A DNA stretch of 64,000 bases from Histomonas meleagridis 2922-C6/04-290x (lineage: Eukaryota; Protista; Parabasalia). A program made the translations under genes and the position numbers. Position 1 is the stretch's first letter, and every line of letters begins with the position of its first letter. Below are positions 53,354 through 64,000 of the stretch, one piece after another. The DNA lies in contig JAANOX010000002.1 of the NCBI GenBank assembly GCA_020184695.1, forward strand, positions 62,001-126,000, in the 5' to 3' direction. The notes below the pieces were generated by a model. It searched no databases and was not told where the DNA came from. It saw nothing but the letters and a program-made list of their open reading frames with translations.

Positions 53354-54289
53354 TTAAAGGAAATAAGTCGAAGCTGGCGGGTCATCAGGGATTTTTCTTT
53401 TTTCAGGAGGACACGCGTCGAATATTTTATAATCCAGTGTTGTATCACCTTTATTATATTTCAAAATGGAAGCCTTATTACCCGATCTATACATATAATT
53501 TGGTGCCGACCAAACTGTAACCAATTGTCTATCGAAGAATTCTTGATATCCTTCCATAGCCAATTGATGCGATCTCGTAATAAACTTAATTCCATTGTTA
53601 TAACAAAATTCTTTCACTTGGGGTGCCCCAAAGAAATAACCGGCGCCTCTTTGGTTTTCGTGCCACGACTGAATGTCGTCGGGGTCACTCCAGCATAAAT
53701 CGCAGAGAGGCCCACTGCATGGCAGTTCTGCTTTTCTATTTTTCAATGAGATGCTTTCTATGAGGGTGATCTTGGGTGAAAGTCCTCCATGAACGGAAAA
53801 AACTTCTCCATCTATTAAAGCTGCCATTGGTAATAAATCAAAAACATCATTACATAGACTCCATAAACCTGCATGACCATAACAATGAACACATTCACTA
53901 TAAAATCCATACAATTGATTAACTGCTCGACATTCATGATTACCTCGAAGTAAATAAAATTGTTGTGGATATTTGAGTTTGAGTGCGGCTAGATATGAAA
54001 ATGTTTCAATTGAATATCGTCCACGATCAATATAATCTCCCATGAAAAGGAATTTTTTATCACCAATAGTTTCATCACCATCACCAGCTGTTTTGAAAAG
54101 TTCGAAAACGTCATAAAGTTGACCATGAATATCACCACAAATAATAATTGGGGAAGATAATTCCAAAACATTACTTTCCGTATAAAGAACTTCCATTAAC
54201 TTTAAAAGGAGAGTCTCCACATCTTTTTCGCTAACACGTTCTCCTTGTCTAATCGATTCTATGATTGGAGTTGGATCGAAATCCTCCAT
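53354..54289 (-). CDS. PP2A-related Ser/Thr phosphatase catalytic subunit (PP4/PP6-like)
   Basis: GDIHGQ, GDYIDRG, LRGNHE, HGGLSP, DLCWSDP, RSHQL, WSAPNY and the C-terminal YFL. Likely start MEDFD at 54289. Confidence 0.93.
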   Translation of the reverse strand: MEDFDPTPIIESIRQGERVSEKDVETLLLKLMEVLYTESNVLELSSPIIICGDIHGQLYDVFELFKTAGDGDETIGDKKFLFMGDYIDRGRYSIETFSYLAALKLKYPQQFYLLRGNHECRAVNQLYGFYSECVHCYGHAGLWSLCNDVFDLLPMAALIDGEVFSVHGGLSPKITLIESISLKNRKAELPCSGPLCDLCWSDPDDIQSWHENQRGAGYFFGAPQVKEFCYNNGIKFITRSHQLAMEGYQEFFDRQLVTVWSAPNYMYRSGNKASILKYNKGDTTLDYKIFDACPPEKRKIPDDPPASTYFL

Positions 54290-54432
54290 TAAAAAGTTCT
54301 GTTTGGCTAAAAACCGAATTTTCAATACAAAAGTGGGGAATCCGTTAAAAATCGCATGATTCAAATTGAACTAAACCACTTTTTTAATTGAAAAAAAATT
54401 GACAAAATTATTTTTTTATAAAAAAAATTTTT

Positions 54433-57400
54433 TTAAGCTTCTAAATCTTCTATATCAAACCCTTGTTGTTGATTTTGAGTTTCAGAGAACAACAACTTAT
54501 AATTTTCGAAGATTGTTTGCATTGATTTAAAAGGATCGAAATTATTTAATACGTATTCGTCAGGAAATGATACGACCCACTCGTTTGGAATTTGGTTTAT
54601 AATCGTTACCCACAAAGGGGATTTCTGTAGAATGCTTAAATTCCCCATCAGAATCAATTTTCTTTTTGTTAATCCTAATGCGTATTTTAATATATCAGAG
54701 TCATAACTATCAGTTGTTGCTATTACGACGTCTTTACGATTCGCCTTCATAGCCCTATAGTTATAAGCGTTAATTCTTTTCGAAGCTGTTTCCATAAAAC
54801 TATTAAACTTAGTGAAGATTTTATTACCATTATTTCTACATATATATAAAATCGAACAAAAAGGAACTAAAAGTTCTTTTGTTGATACTAAGTCAACTTT
54901 CTCAAATAAAATTCCGGCAATTATCGCCACCATCAACACAGAAGAGAACAAATTTATATTAATAAATATCACAGGCTTATCCATTGTCATTATCTCCTTA
55001 AAGAAGTTACGGATTTTATGATTCAAAACTTTTAATGGGTTTAAATCAACAATCGCATGTTGTGAATAACATTGTAATTCACTTCCCCAAATAGTTCTTG
55101 CTAAAGAAACTATTATAGGTTCGCAATCATACACTTCTTTTAAATGTATGATAGCATGATGTCCGATTCGATTTAAATGTGAAAAAATCGATTCGACTTC
55201 ATTATCAAGGATTAAGTCACCGAAAAGTATAAAAGGTGAACCACTACTTAATGAAGAGATACTTCGAAGTAATGGTAAATTCGAAGCTTCTAAAAGAATG
55301 ATTAAGTTAAACTTTTGTTGATATATTATATCGAAAGGTTTTGTAATTGAATTAATTACAAAGACTCGAATTGAATCCAATATGAATTTAATGTCGGGTA
55401 AAGTTTTAGCATTTAAAAATATATTATTTTCATGTCTTTGATGAAATCGTTCATCGATTTTGTTCATTTTCCCATTAACTAAATATGGAATATTTAATTG
55501 TTCTAATCCATTACATATTTTGTTTAATGTATCATAAAAATAAGGCGAAACTAAAATGACTGAATCTTTATCTTCTTTTAATTTCTCATGAATGATATGT
55601 AACGTAGTAATGATTCGACCAGTTCCATGTGGCGCATTAATTAATAAATAATTTAATGTCTTTAATGATAATCGAACAGCTTCGATTTGATATTTGTTTA
55701 ATCCGATTTTGTTAAATTTCGGTTCTTTGTATGAAAAAATTGGCCTTTCTTCATCAATGATTAATGTGTTTAACATCGAATAACTCGGCTTCGTTAATAT
55801 GTTAGTTAATAAAGAAGTATCAAATGAACTCCATTGATTTGTACGACAAAAATCTAAAGTAAAAACATGTCCGACTTTAAAGAATTGTTCGAAACTACTA
55901 ATTTTTAAGTAGTCATCTTTAATTTTAGTGATAGTACCAATTCCAATAATTGGCATATTGCCATCTTTAGTTATTATTACATTATCATATAAATTACATT
56001 TAGCTAAATAGAAAATTCCTGGGAATTTAGCTTGGAATTTTATATGTGATACTTCTGATAATTGATTTGTAGGATCATTAATACATTTAATATTAATAAT
56101 CTTTAAATCATTTATAGCATTTCCTGCTTTAATTCGTTCATTAACATTTATCGATGTGATTTGGATACAACACCACATCATACTTAACGAAGAAAGATTT
56201 ATATATTTATGAAACTTTTGGAAGAATACTCGCGATTGATTCGTACTAAAATCGCATAAGTTTTTGGGTAAAATAGGATTTAACTTCTTCACAAATTCGC
56301 GTTTGTCTTCCATTCGTTTATATAACGCACATGTAACTTGTGAAACGCAATATGAACATTCAGATGTGTTCATTGATTGCACAAACGGAGCTTCGTTCTT
56401 TACGATCGAAGTCGCTATTAAATTCCGAAGTATTCGTAAGTGTTGTCGCTCTTCTTTACGTGGACGTACCCAAAATCGTTGTTTACTTCCTAAGTACCAA
56501 ATAAATGCATATGACGAATGTTCTTTACCATAACGCTCGCCAATTAATTGCGTTTGTGCTGTTAGTGATAGAACATGTCCATTTTTTAAGTCTGTTTGAA
56601 GTGTTCCACCAACTGTAGAAATAACTTCAACAGGTACATAATGAATGTTTTCATTATCATTAATTTCAACTATGCAACTAAGACATCCATGAATACCATT
56701 ATGGAATGACCATATCGATGTGTTAAGAAATGAGTTCGTACACCCATAGCCTGGAAATGCTTTCGACGTACGAAATAATGAATCAAATCGTGGAATTGTC
56801 ATTAGGACACTATGTGGCTCATCAATATATTCGGACAATTTGGAGATCTGCATATACATGTCATTCACAGTCTTTATTGAATGAGAAGCGATTTCTTTAG
56901 GAATATCAAGTTTGTCGATTTGATATGTGCTGACAAGATTATCTCGGACTAATTCATCCGAGATAGAACTGGCTGTTATTTCTTCGCCATTGCAATGTGA
57001 ATGAATATACCGTTGAATAAGGGTGGTGGCAATCCGACCATATAATGAATTAAAGGTTGGATCTTTAAATGTAGAAATTTCTCGGAAATAAACGGCACGT
57101 GGGCATGAGCGATAGCTTCCAATAGAACTGACTTTGATTAGAAGATGTGGGAAAATTACTGGTCCTTCGCATTCATCATTGATAACACATGATATAGAAT
57201 TTTTATAAAGATTTTGATCATCGTCCGTACGTGCCCATCCATCCTTAGGATCAAGTAATATAAAAGCACCGCAAAAAACTTGAATTGTTGCCCAGATTCC
57301 AACTAAATGTGCATAACATTTTTCATTTGTTGGACCAGATGATAAAATTAAAACAAGCTCGCGTGTCCCATCAGTGAATAAATCTCGTTGTATATAATTC

Positions 57401-57543
57401 ATAACAATATAAAACGGAGATTGCATTGAAAATAATTTAGTATCATGATAAATTTTAGGTATTGGTTTTAGTGAGGAATGTTGAACAGATTTTACACTTT
57501 CTCCCCATTTAGAAAAAAAGTTATTGATGACATTCCTCTTCAT
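54433..57543 (-). CDS. Divergent DNA2-like nuclease/helicase
   Basis: HLLIKVSSIGSYRSCPRAVYFRE and CSYCVSQVTC match the Dna2 Fe-S cysteines, and LNKYQIEAVRLSL...YLLINAPHGTGR follows the SF1 helicase layout. Confidence 0.7.
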   Translation of the reverse strand: MKRNVINNFFSKWGESVKSVQHSSLKPIPKIYHDTKLFSMQSPFYIVMNYIQRDLFTDGTRELVLILSSGPTNEKCYAHLVGIWATIQVFCGAFILLDPKDGWARTDDDQNLYKNSISCVINDECEGPVIFPHLLIKVSSIGSYRSCPRAVYFREISTFKDPTFNSLYGRIATTLIQRYIHSHCNGEEITASSISDELVRDNLVSTYQIDKLDIPKEIASHSIKTVNDMYMQISKLSEYIDEPHSVLMTIPRFDSLFRTSKAFPGYGCTNSFLNTSIWSFHNGIHGCLSCIVEINDNENIHYVPVEVISTVGGTLQTDLKNGHVLSLTAQTQLIGERYGKEHSSYAFIWYLGSKQRFWVRPRKEERQHLRILRNLIATSIVKNEAPFVQSMNTSECSYCVSQVTCALYKRMEDKREFVKKLNPILPKNLCDFSTNQSRVFFQKFHKYINLSSLSMMWCCIQITSINVNERIKAGNAINDLKIINIKCINDPTNQLSEVSHIKFQAKFPGIFYLAKCNLYDNVIITKDGNMPIIGIGTITKIKDDYLKISSFEQFFKVGHVFTLDFCRTNQWSSFDTSLLTNILTKPSYSMLNTLIIDEERPIFSYKEPKFNKIGLNKYQIEAVRLSLKTLNYLLINAPHGTGRIITTLHIIHEKLKEDKDSVILVSPYFYDTLNKICNGLEQLNIPYLVNGKMNKIDERFHQRHENNIFLNAKTLPDIKFILDSIRVFVINSITKPFDIIYQQKFNLIILLEASNLPLLRSISSLSSGSPFILFGDLILDNEVESIFSHLNRIGHHAIIHLKEVYDCEPIIVSLARTIWGSELQCYSQHAIVDLNPLKVLNHKIRNFFKEIMTMDKPVIFININLFSSVLMVAIIAGILFEKVDLVSTKELLVPFCSILYICRNNGNKIFTKFNSFMETASKRINAYNYRAMKANRKDVVIATTDSYDSDILKYALGLTKRKLILMGNLSILQKSPLWVTIINQIPNEWVVSFPDEYVLNNFDPFKSMQTIFENYKLLFSETQNQQQGFDIEDLEA

Positions 57544-57729
57544 CTTTCATAATGATTTTTGGGGCAAACCTATAAACGATCAAAATCAATTGAAAGCAAA
57601 GTTTCGTGTCTTTGTGACTTCAAATGCCTTTAATCATCAATAAATTTTTTTTTTTCCAAATTAACGCAAGAAACACAATTGTATTACAACATTATATGTA
57701 AAAATTTAAATTTTGTTATGTTAGTAAGC

Positions 57730-59040
57730 TTATAACCATTCATAGATGCTTTAATAAGTGCTGTCCAATTTTAAATCCAATATAAATAATTACCAAATAT
57801 TATTTTGAAATGTCAGAAAATTATAATAAATCTCAGTTAAGACTAATAGATGTTTTTTGCATTAATATCAGTTCCTTCTTGTTCAAGAAGTAATTTAATG
57901 ATTTTTGAAAATTCAGAAATAGAATAAGATACAATTATGAGTGCTGTATCAAATGATTTGAATTATTTCTAAATGTTTTGAAATATTAAATTATTAAAAC
58001 AAACATTAAATAAGATAATTCAATATTTACTGCATTAATATCAATTCCTTTTTGTTCAAGAAGTAACTGAACGACCTTTCTTTGACCATTATAAGAAGCT
58101 ACCATAAGTGCTGTCCAAAATAATTTCAATAATTTCCAAATTTTATTTCGAAATGTTAAATTATTAATATATACTTCATATAAAACAAATTGATATCTTT
58201 TGCATTAACATCAAATACTTTTTGGGAGAATTTCATAATTTCCACTTTGAATACAAAAATTTTCTAAAAACTATGGTTTATTTTCATCAAGAGTATTGAT
58301 AGGTTCAATTTATCAGTATTTAAATCATCTATTTTTTCAAATTTATATTCATAAATATAATGAAAAATCTCGTTTTTATGGAATAGAATTGCTGTTTCAT
58401 ATGCACCTTCAAATGATGAATGATTCTCTTCACATAAATGAATTATCTCTAAGTTTCCACCTGCAATTGCATATTTTCCTGTATTTTTAACATTTGCACC
58501 ATTTATAAGTAAATATTTAAAACATTTAATTGCTCCAAAAAATGCTGCATAATCAATTAATGTAACATTTTTTGTATTAATAAAGTCACATCTTTCATAA
58601 AGCGATGGTTTAATGATTTGATTAAAATCAAAATTTGTTTGTGATGTTGTTTCTTGAAGTTTTTCTATTTCATCATTTCGAATTATTTTTGCTATTTCAT
58701 TTGGATTAACTCCTTCTTTATTTAATTTCTTATGAAGTTCCCAATTGTTCTTTGAAAGTTGCTCATAGTTTTTAAAATTTGGATCATTTTTATATTTTCT
58801 TATGTTTAATTTTGGTTGATAGTGGACAAAATATTTTTTCTAAAAAAACTTTTTGCCATATTTACATTAATTAATTTTTGTGTTACCATTTTCCCTATAA
58901 GATAATATGCTTCTTGTGTCCGAATGTCATAAATGTAACTAGTAAAGACTTCAATGATATTGGGATTATTTTTGTGTATATCTTCTTCTTTTCTTTGAAT
59001 ATTAACCAAATAATTTTTCCTCATAATTTATCTCATTTAT
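57730..59040 (-). pseudogene. DUF3447-ankyrin paralog with internal deletion and three interrupted ANK cassettes
   Basis: 58400-58800 is nearly identical to 50990-51400. Linkers lie at 58115-58194 (80 nt), 57948-58024 (77 nt) and 57765-57851 (87 nt). Confidence 0.85.
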
Positions 59041-59612
59041 TTGGATATCTACTTAGTGATTAAAATTAATGAAGTATGTTAAATATAAATATTGTCCTGA
59101 TTGATCCTATAAATGCTTTTCCTATAATCCAAGTTGTTATAATGTTGATCACATAATATTTAATAATCTTTCATTCATCGATAATCCACATGATTTTATG
59201 TATGTTCTAAACTTTGAGAATAACTTTGTATCAGATTGATTTTAAAACTTCAATAATTGAAGAACCTAAACATTACAAAAATATCCATATCATATTTATA
59301 TTCAAAAACTATTAATGTCTCTCAAAGTTATTTAAGACTTACAATTGTATTATACAAGAAGAATGAATGTATTACAGTATTAATTCAATTTAGTAGACCC
59401 AAGTTTCAGATTTCTCTTCTTTTATTTGCATTATTTTTTAAAACACTCATTTCAAATATTTGATTCACCGACCCCAAACACTTGCTTATAGAAAGTGTTT
59501 ACAATGCAACTAGAATTAGATGTTTCATAATTGTTTTAATGCAGCACTTTTACAACCGTTATTATGGCATATGACATGAAATTATTCATTGGCATTTTTA
59601 TTGTGTCAGCTG

Positions 59613-60197
59613 ATGAAAGGTTCGAATGATTTCCGAAGTGTCACACTAATCATTTTGATAATCGAAGTCTTTGCTGCGTTTGAATCATTATGTTCACCAA
59701 AATATTATAATGGTTTCAATATTACATTTTCTCTAATTGGTGCTATCTATTTTCTTGTATGTTCTGTTGCTGAAAAATCAAACCTTATCTCATCTGCTTT
59801 GTTCTTTGCTAATTTAATTTGTCATGTACCTAATTTTTTCTTCTTAATTAGCCAACTAATTTTATTTGGTAATGTATTACTTGACGGAAGAATGGAAGGC
59901 CTATATGTTGTTTCAACAGTCCTGATTATACCTGAAGCACTTCTTAGATTTATCTCTAATTTCACTGTAGATAAACTTATCTCTTTGAGACATATTGTTT
60001 TTATGGCTGCATTCCTTGCTCACGATTATAGAATATACCGTATTTATAAGGAATCAACAAATTGGGCAACAATTCAAAAAGAAATAATGAACCTAATTGC
60101 AGAATTGAAAGAGATAATTTCAACACATAATCCCCTTACACCAAAGGTTAAAAACACTGATAATGAAGATGGTATAAAAACAATCAAAAAAGAATAA
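59613..60197 (+). CDS. Small multi-pass membrane protein (tandem paralog 1)
   Basis: About 4 hydrophobic segments. Shares IEVFAAF.SLC...YYNGFNI.FSL with 60594-61157. First ATG at 59613. Confidence 0.75.
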   Translation: MKGSNDFRSVTLIILIIEVFAAFESLCSPKYYNGFNITFSLIGAIYFLVCSVAEKSNLISSALFFANLICHVPNFFFLISQLILFGNVLLDGRMEGLYVVSTVLIIPEALLRFISNFTVDKLISLRHIVFMAAFLAHDYRIYRIYKESTNWATIQKEIMNLIAELKEIISTHNPLTPKVKNTDNEDGIKTIKKE

Positions 60198-60593
60198 AAC
60201 ATTATCTGCTTTACGTATAGAAATTTTTATTGAAAGATGTTTCATTTTTTTTCCAAACCGGCTCACATACAAATTGCGTATTTCGGTGGTAGTTTCTAAT
60301 ATGTTGTCAGTGAGAATACTTCAGTTTTATTACAAGTGCATGTTATAACAGAAACAATGAGTAATTTACAATTAGTTCATAAAGAATTTCGACTATATAA
60401 AGTATTCAATTAATTATAACAATAATTTAAATTTCACTGAAAAATTTTTCACACTTTGAATAATCATTCAATAATTATTACTTTTTCAAAGATATTAGAA
60501 AATTTGATTCAAAAAATTGTTTTTTGAGCTCGACCAAACCGTTTGCAATTTGATCGGTAAAAAAAAAAATGCCAATGAGACAATCATTTTTTA

Positions 60594-61157
60594 ATGCCAG
60601 TAGACACAAAAGCATTTTCTGATTGGTTCTGGTATATTACAATTGCAGTTTTTGTGATTGAAGTATTCGCAGCATTTGGGTCATTGTGTGCAGCAGGATA
60701 TTATAATGGCTTCAATATTGCATTTTCTTTAGTAGGAACTTTGTATTTTCTTATCTGCTCAGCGTTGGAGGAAACGAACCTTATATCAGCTGCATTGTCT
60801 TTTGCAAATTTGATTTTTTTTGCACCTAATTTTTTCTTTTTAATAAGTCAAATAATTTTAATTGTTAATATTATGACAAAAGGAAAACTAACATGGCTGC
60901 ACACAATTGTACAGTTTCTCATTTCACCTGAAGCATTAATTCGATTTATTTCATTACTGATCCACAAAAGCTTTTTAAGCTCTTTAAGACATATTGCTTT
61001 TCTGGCTGCACACTTAGTTCAAGCATATTACATAATTTTATATGGCCTTTCAGAGTTGGATTGGGATTCAATTTCTAAACAAATTTTGGATATGTTAAAA
61101 GCGCTCAAGAACAACATTAAGATACCATCAATGATGGATATACAAAAGTCTGACTGA
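60594..61157 (+). CDS. Small multi-pass membrane protein (tandem paralog 2)
   Basis: Clear paralog of 59613-60197. Confidence 0.75.
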   Translation: MPVDTKAFSDWFWYITIAVFVIEVFAAFGSLCAAGYYNGFNIAFSLVGTLYFLICSALEETNLISAALSFANLIFFAPNFFFLISQIILIVNIMTKGKLTWLHTIVQFLISPEALIRFISLLIHKSFLSSLRHIAFLAAHLVQAYYIILYGLSELDWDSISKQILDMLKALKNNIKIPSMMDIQKSD

Positions 61158-61447
61158 TTTACTAATAAAGCAACACTATGTTTGCTAAATTTTTGTGGTT
61201 ATATATAAAAAATTAAAAATTCGATTACGTTTGACTATTAGTATTAATCTTTATTTTTACTATATTTAGTAAATATTTAGATACGTCATTTCAAGGTTGC
61301 ATAAAGAAATTTTATGGTGAAAGCAAATTTATATTCCAATATATAAAAGAATAACATATAAAACTGTAACTTATTTGAGAAATACGCACAAGTTTAGAAG
61401 CAAATGCAAAGAGTATTATTCTTATGAATACCAAAGATGTTTATCAA

Positions 61448-62641
61448 TCAAATTTTATTGTAATGGAGTTCCGACTCGAGACTCTTTGTTTGCTTCACAG
61501 TTCTTACTGCCTTCATAAAGTTATCATTATTTACACTTTCTCTTCCTTCTCTCAGTGCGAATAATCCAGCCTCTGTACATACATTTCTCAAGTCTGCTCC
61601 ATTAAATCCTTCTGATAATTTCACAATAGCATCAAAATCTATATCGCCCTCAACATTCAAATTTCTCGCATGTATTTTCAATATCTCTAATCTTCCTTGT
61701 TCGTTCGGCAAAGGAATCTCTATTTTCCTATCTAACCTTCCAGGACGTAACAGCGCTGGATCCAAAACATCAGGGCGGTTAGTCGCCATAACCACCTTCA
61801 CTTGTGAAGTCGATGAAAAACCGTCCATTTGCGACAAAAGTTCCATTAACGTTCGCTGGATTTCTCTATCGTTCGATTGCCCATCACCCATACGCCGTTG
61901 GCCAAGCGCATCAATCTCATCAATAAAGATAATGCACGGCTGGTGTTCTCGTGCATATTTGAACATTTCACGAATAAGACGTGCTGATTCACCAATGTAA
62001 CTTCCAATTAAATTGGTGGATACAACTTTAAGGAAGGATGCTTTGGTGCTGGAGGCGATGGCACGTGCTATAAGTGTTTTTCCTGTACCAGGAGGACCAT
62101 ATAATAAGGCTCCTTTAGGCGCTTTGACTCCAACTCGAACAAAAATTTCGGGATTAACAAGTGGAAGTTCAATGATTTCACGGATTTCGTTGATTTGATC
62201 ACCAAGACCACCAACGTCAGAATATTTGACGTTTCCAGGATCTTCAGTGGTCATATGATATACTTGTGGATCAACTTGACGTGGAAGTGCATGCATAATA
62301 GTACGAGTAGCAGTATCAAGGGTAACACGTCTACCGATTGTTAATAAAGATGGGTCAAGTCGTGATCTTGCTTTAACAACAAATCTATCATCACCTTCTA
62401 TTTTAACAATGTATCTTTCGCCGTCAAGAATTCTGTAGATTTCTGCAATCTTTTGTCCAACTGAATGCATAGCATTAATTTGTCTTTCAGTTTCGTCTAA
62501 TTCTGCTTGAGCTGTTTGTACGGCTAAACCTCTTTCCTTGATTTCAGCTTCAAGCTTAGTCATTCTAATTAGTTTTGAAGTATATTCTTTCATAGCTTCT
62601 TCATGTTCATCAACAACAGGCGCATCATTGTTCTCAGTCAT
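61448..62641 (-). CDS. PSMC6: 26S proteasome regulatory AAA-ATPase subunit Rpt4 (S10B)
   Basis: SVGQ.IAE, DPQVYHM...DPGNVKYSDVGGL, GPPGTGKT, YIGESARLIREMFKYAREHQPCIIFIDEIDA, DREIQRTLMELLSQMDGF. Confidence 0.93.
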   Translation of the reverse strand: MTENNDAPVVDEHEEAMKEYTSKLIRMTKLEAEIKERGLAVQTAQAELDETERQINAMHSVGQKIAEIYRILDGERYIVKIEGDDRFVVKARSRLDPSLLTIGRRVTLDTATRTIMHALPRQVDPQVYHMTTEDPGNVKYSDVGGLGDQINEIREIIELPLVNPEIFVRVGVKAPKGALLYGPPGTGKTLIARAIASSTKASFLKVVSTNLIGSYIGESARLIREMFKYAREHQPCIIFIDEIDALGQRRMGDGQSNDREIQRTLMELLSQMDGFSSTSQVKVVMATNRPDVLDPALLRPGRLDRKIEIPLPNEQGRLEILKIHARNLNVEGDIDFDAIVKLSEGFNGADLRNVCTEAGLFALREGRESVNNDNFMKAVRTVKQTKSLESELHYNKI

Positions 62642-62857
62642 TCTGCAACACTAAAATAACCGCAAATTGGTATACAAATAAAGCGGTTTTGCCAATTATA
62701 GTTATCTGGCCAACTATAAATTTCTTATTAAATTTCTCGTTTATCTCAACTCGTATTTTTTCATCTAACAATCAAAAAAACTCATAGTAAACAAACAGAA
62801 AAATTATTTTTTTATGTTTGAATTGACTGCCATTCATGTGTGTTTATTATTCATTTT

Positions 62858-64000
62858 TTACATCTTTTCCTTTTTTAATTTCTGAACATAGTTATTAAAG
62901 GCAGCTACGTTAACACCAGGGAATAATCCAACATTTGCCCTGAAGAATTTTGAAATGTCCTTAAAGCTCGGTCTATTCTCTGTCACACCACTCCAACATC
63001 TATCCAACAATCCAAGGAATTCCTTTGGCGTATCATAAGGAACATCTGGTCTCACTCCTTGACACACCTTCATCACCAATTCACCCATCGACTTAACGTC
63101 CCCGAATGCGGGTGCCCCTGTCAAAACCTCCGACATGACCACCCCGTACGAGTAAACGTCCGCCGATCCGTTATATTCGGCTCCTTGTAACAGTTCAGGC
63201 GCCATATAAATAGGCGATCCGACCATTTGGGACTGCCTCATTTTCTCTTTTTCATTTACCATTAATTTTGAGAACCCGAAATCACATACGACAGGTTCGT
63301 TATTAGATGTCATTAAAACATTCGCAGGCTTTAAGTCGCGATGAACAATTCCTAACTTAGAATGAATGTAACGCATCGCTTCTGCAATGCCATAAAGGAC
63401 TATCATCTTAAATGTTGGATCACTAACTCGATTTTGATCAATGTAATCTTGCAAAGAACCATTCGGCAAATATTCAGTAAGAATCACTGGAGATGGATCT
63501 TCAGCTGATGCCTTAAGTGTGAGCCCATGAAGATGAAGAACTGCCGGATGACTTGCAAACGCAAGAAGTTCAACTTCGCGCAAAAATTGGATCTGATCAA
63601 ATGATGTTATGATATCAACAAAAATATGTTTGGCAGCAAATAGGTTCCCGGTGCTGTTCTCCCGAACAAGAAAGACATCGCCATAAGAACCTTTGCCTAA
63701 TTGACGTATGGTGGTGTAATTTTTTAGATCAATGATTTTTTCATGAAGAAAATGATGTTCAACTTTGGTCTTGGGTACTTTCTCTTTCTCCTTTTCATGC
63801 GTCTCTTGTGGTTGTGGTGGAGTGGGATATTGAGGTTGTGGAGTTGTAGAGTATTGAACGGATGGTGATGGCTGAGGACTTGGATATAATTGTGGTTGCT
63901 GCTGTTGTTGCTGTGGTGGTGGTTGCTGCTGTGGTGGAACCGCGGGATACTGAATGGAAGGAGATGCTTGTGGATATGTTGGCTGAGATTGATAAGTAGG
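62858..64000 (-). CDS. TKL-family protein kinase with P/Q-rich N-terminus (5'-partial, continues beyond the window)
   Basis: The frame is open from 64000. LGKGSYGDVF, FAAKHI, HRDLKPANV, CDFGFSK, GSPIYMAPE, DVYSYG. Confidence 0.92.
   Translation of the reverse strand, partial: PTYQSQPTYPQASPSIQYPAVPPQQQPPPQQQQQQPQLYPSPQPSPSVQYSTTPQPQYPTPPQPQETHEKEKEKVPKTKVEHHFLHEKIIDLKNYTTIRQLGKGSYGDVFLVRENSTGNLFAAKHIFVDIITSFDQIQFLREVELLAFASHPAVLHLHGLTLKASAEDPSPVILTEYLPNGSLQDYIDQNRVSDPTFKMIVLYGIAEAMRYIHSKLGIVHRDLKPANVLMTSNNEPVVCDFGFSKLMVNEKEKMRQSQMVGSPIYMAPELLQGAEYNGSADVYSYGVVMSEVLTGAPAFGDVKSMGELVMKVCQGVRPDVPYDTPKEFLGLLDRCWSGVTENRPSFKDISKFFRANVGLFPGVNVAAFNNYVQKLKKEKM

Overview
This is AT-rich, gene-dense eukaryotic DNA, most likely from a parabasalid (trichomonad-type) protist. 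That call is an inference from the gene families present: BspA-like LRR surface proteins, DUF3447-ankyrin genes, Pmp-like beta-helix proteins and a TKL kinase. I saw no obvious spliceosomal introns. The window holds about 30 ordinary genes, including FNTA, DBR1, CAPZB, DPCD, RPT4, a PP4/PP6-type phosphatase, a DHHC palmitoyltransferase, Ras, a Mei2-like RRM protein and an HMG-box protein, plus one tRNA-Pro(AGG). Many DUF3447/ankyrin loci in various states of decay lie between them. The most striking signal is at 48.1-50.6 kb (minus strand) and is invisible to the ORF track. There, 15 ankyrin coding cassettes of 30 codons each, all free of stops, alternate with AT-rich linkers that contain stops. 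Eleven of the 15 linkers are exactly 80 nt, giving a 170-bp period, and they lack conserved GT-AG ends. Every 80-nt linker carries TTY-GGN (Phe-Gly) at positions 55-60 and a variable sense codon at 78-80. Removing 51 nt plus 17 nt from each linker would rebuild canonical 34-aa ankyrin repeats (K-D-I-F-G-x-T-A-L). The same 80-nt linker recurs at unlinked loci on both strands. This suggests an undescribed non-canonical excision or recoding system acting on a variable ankyrin-cassette family. It is a hypothesis and needs RNA or protein data. Several single-base frameshifts sit in homopolymers and may be assembly errors.
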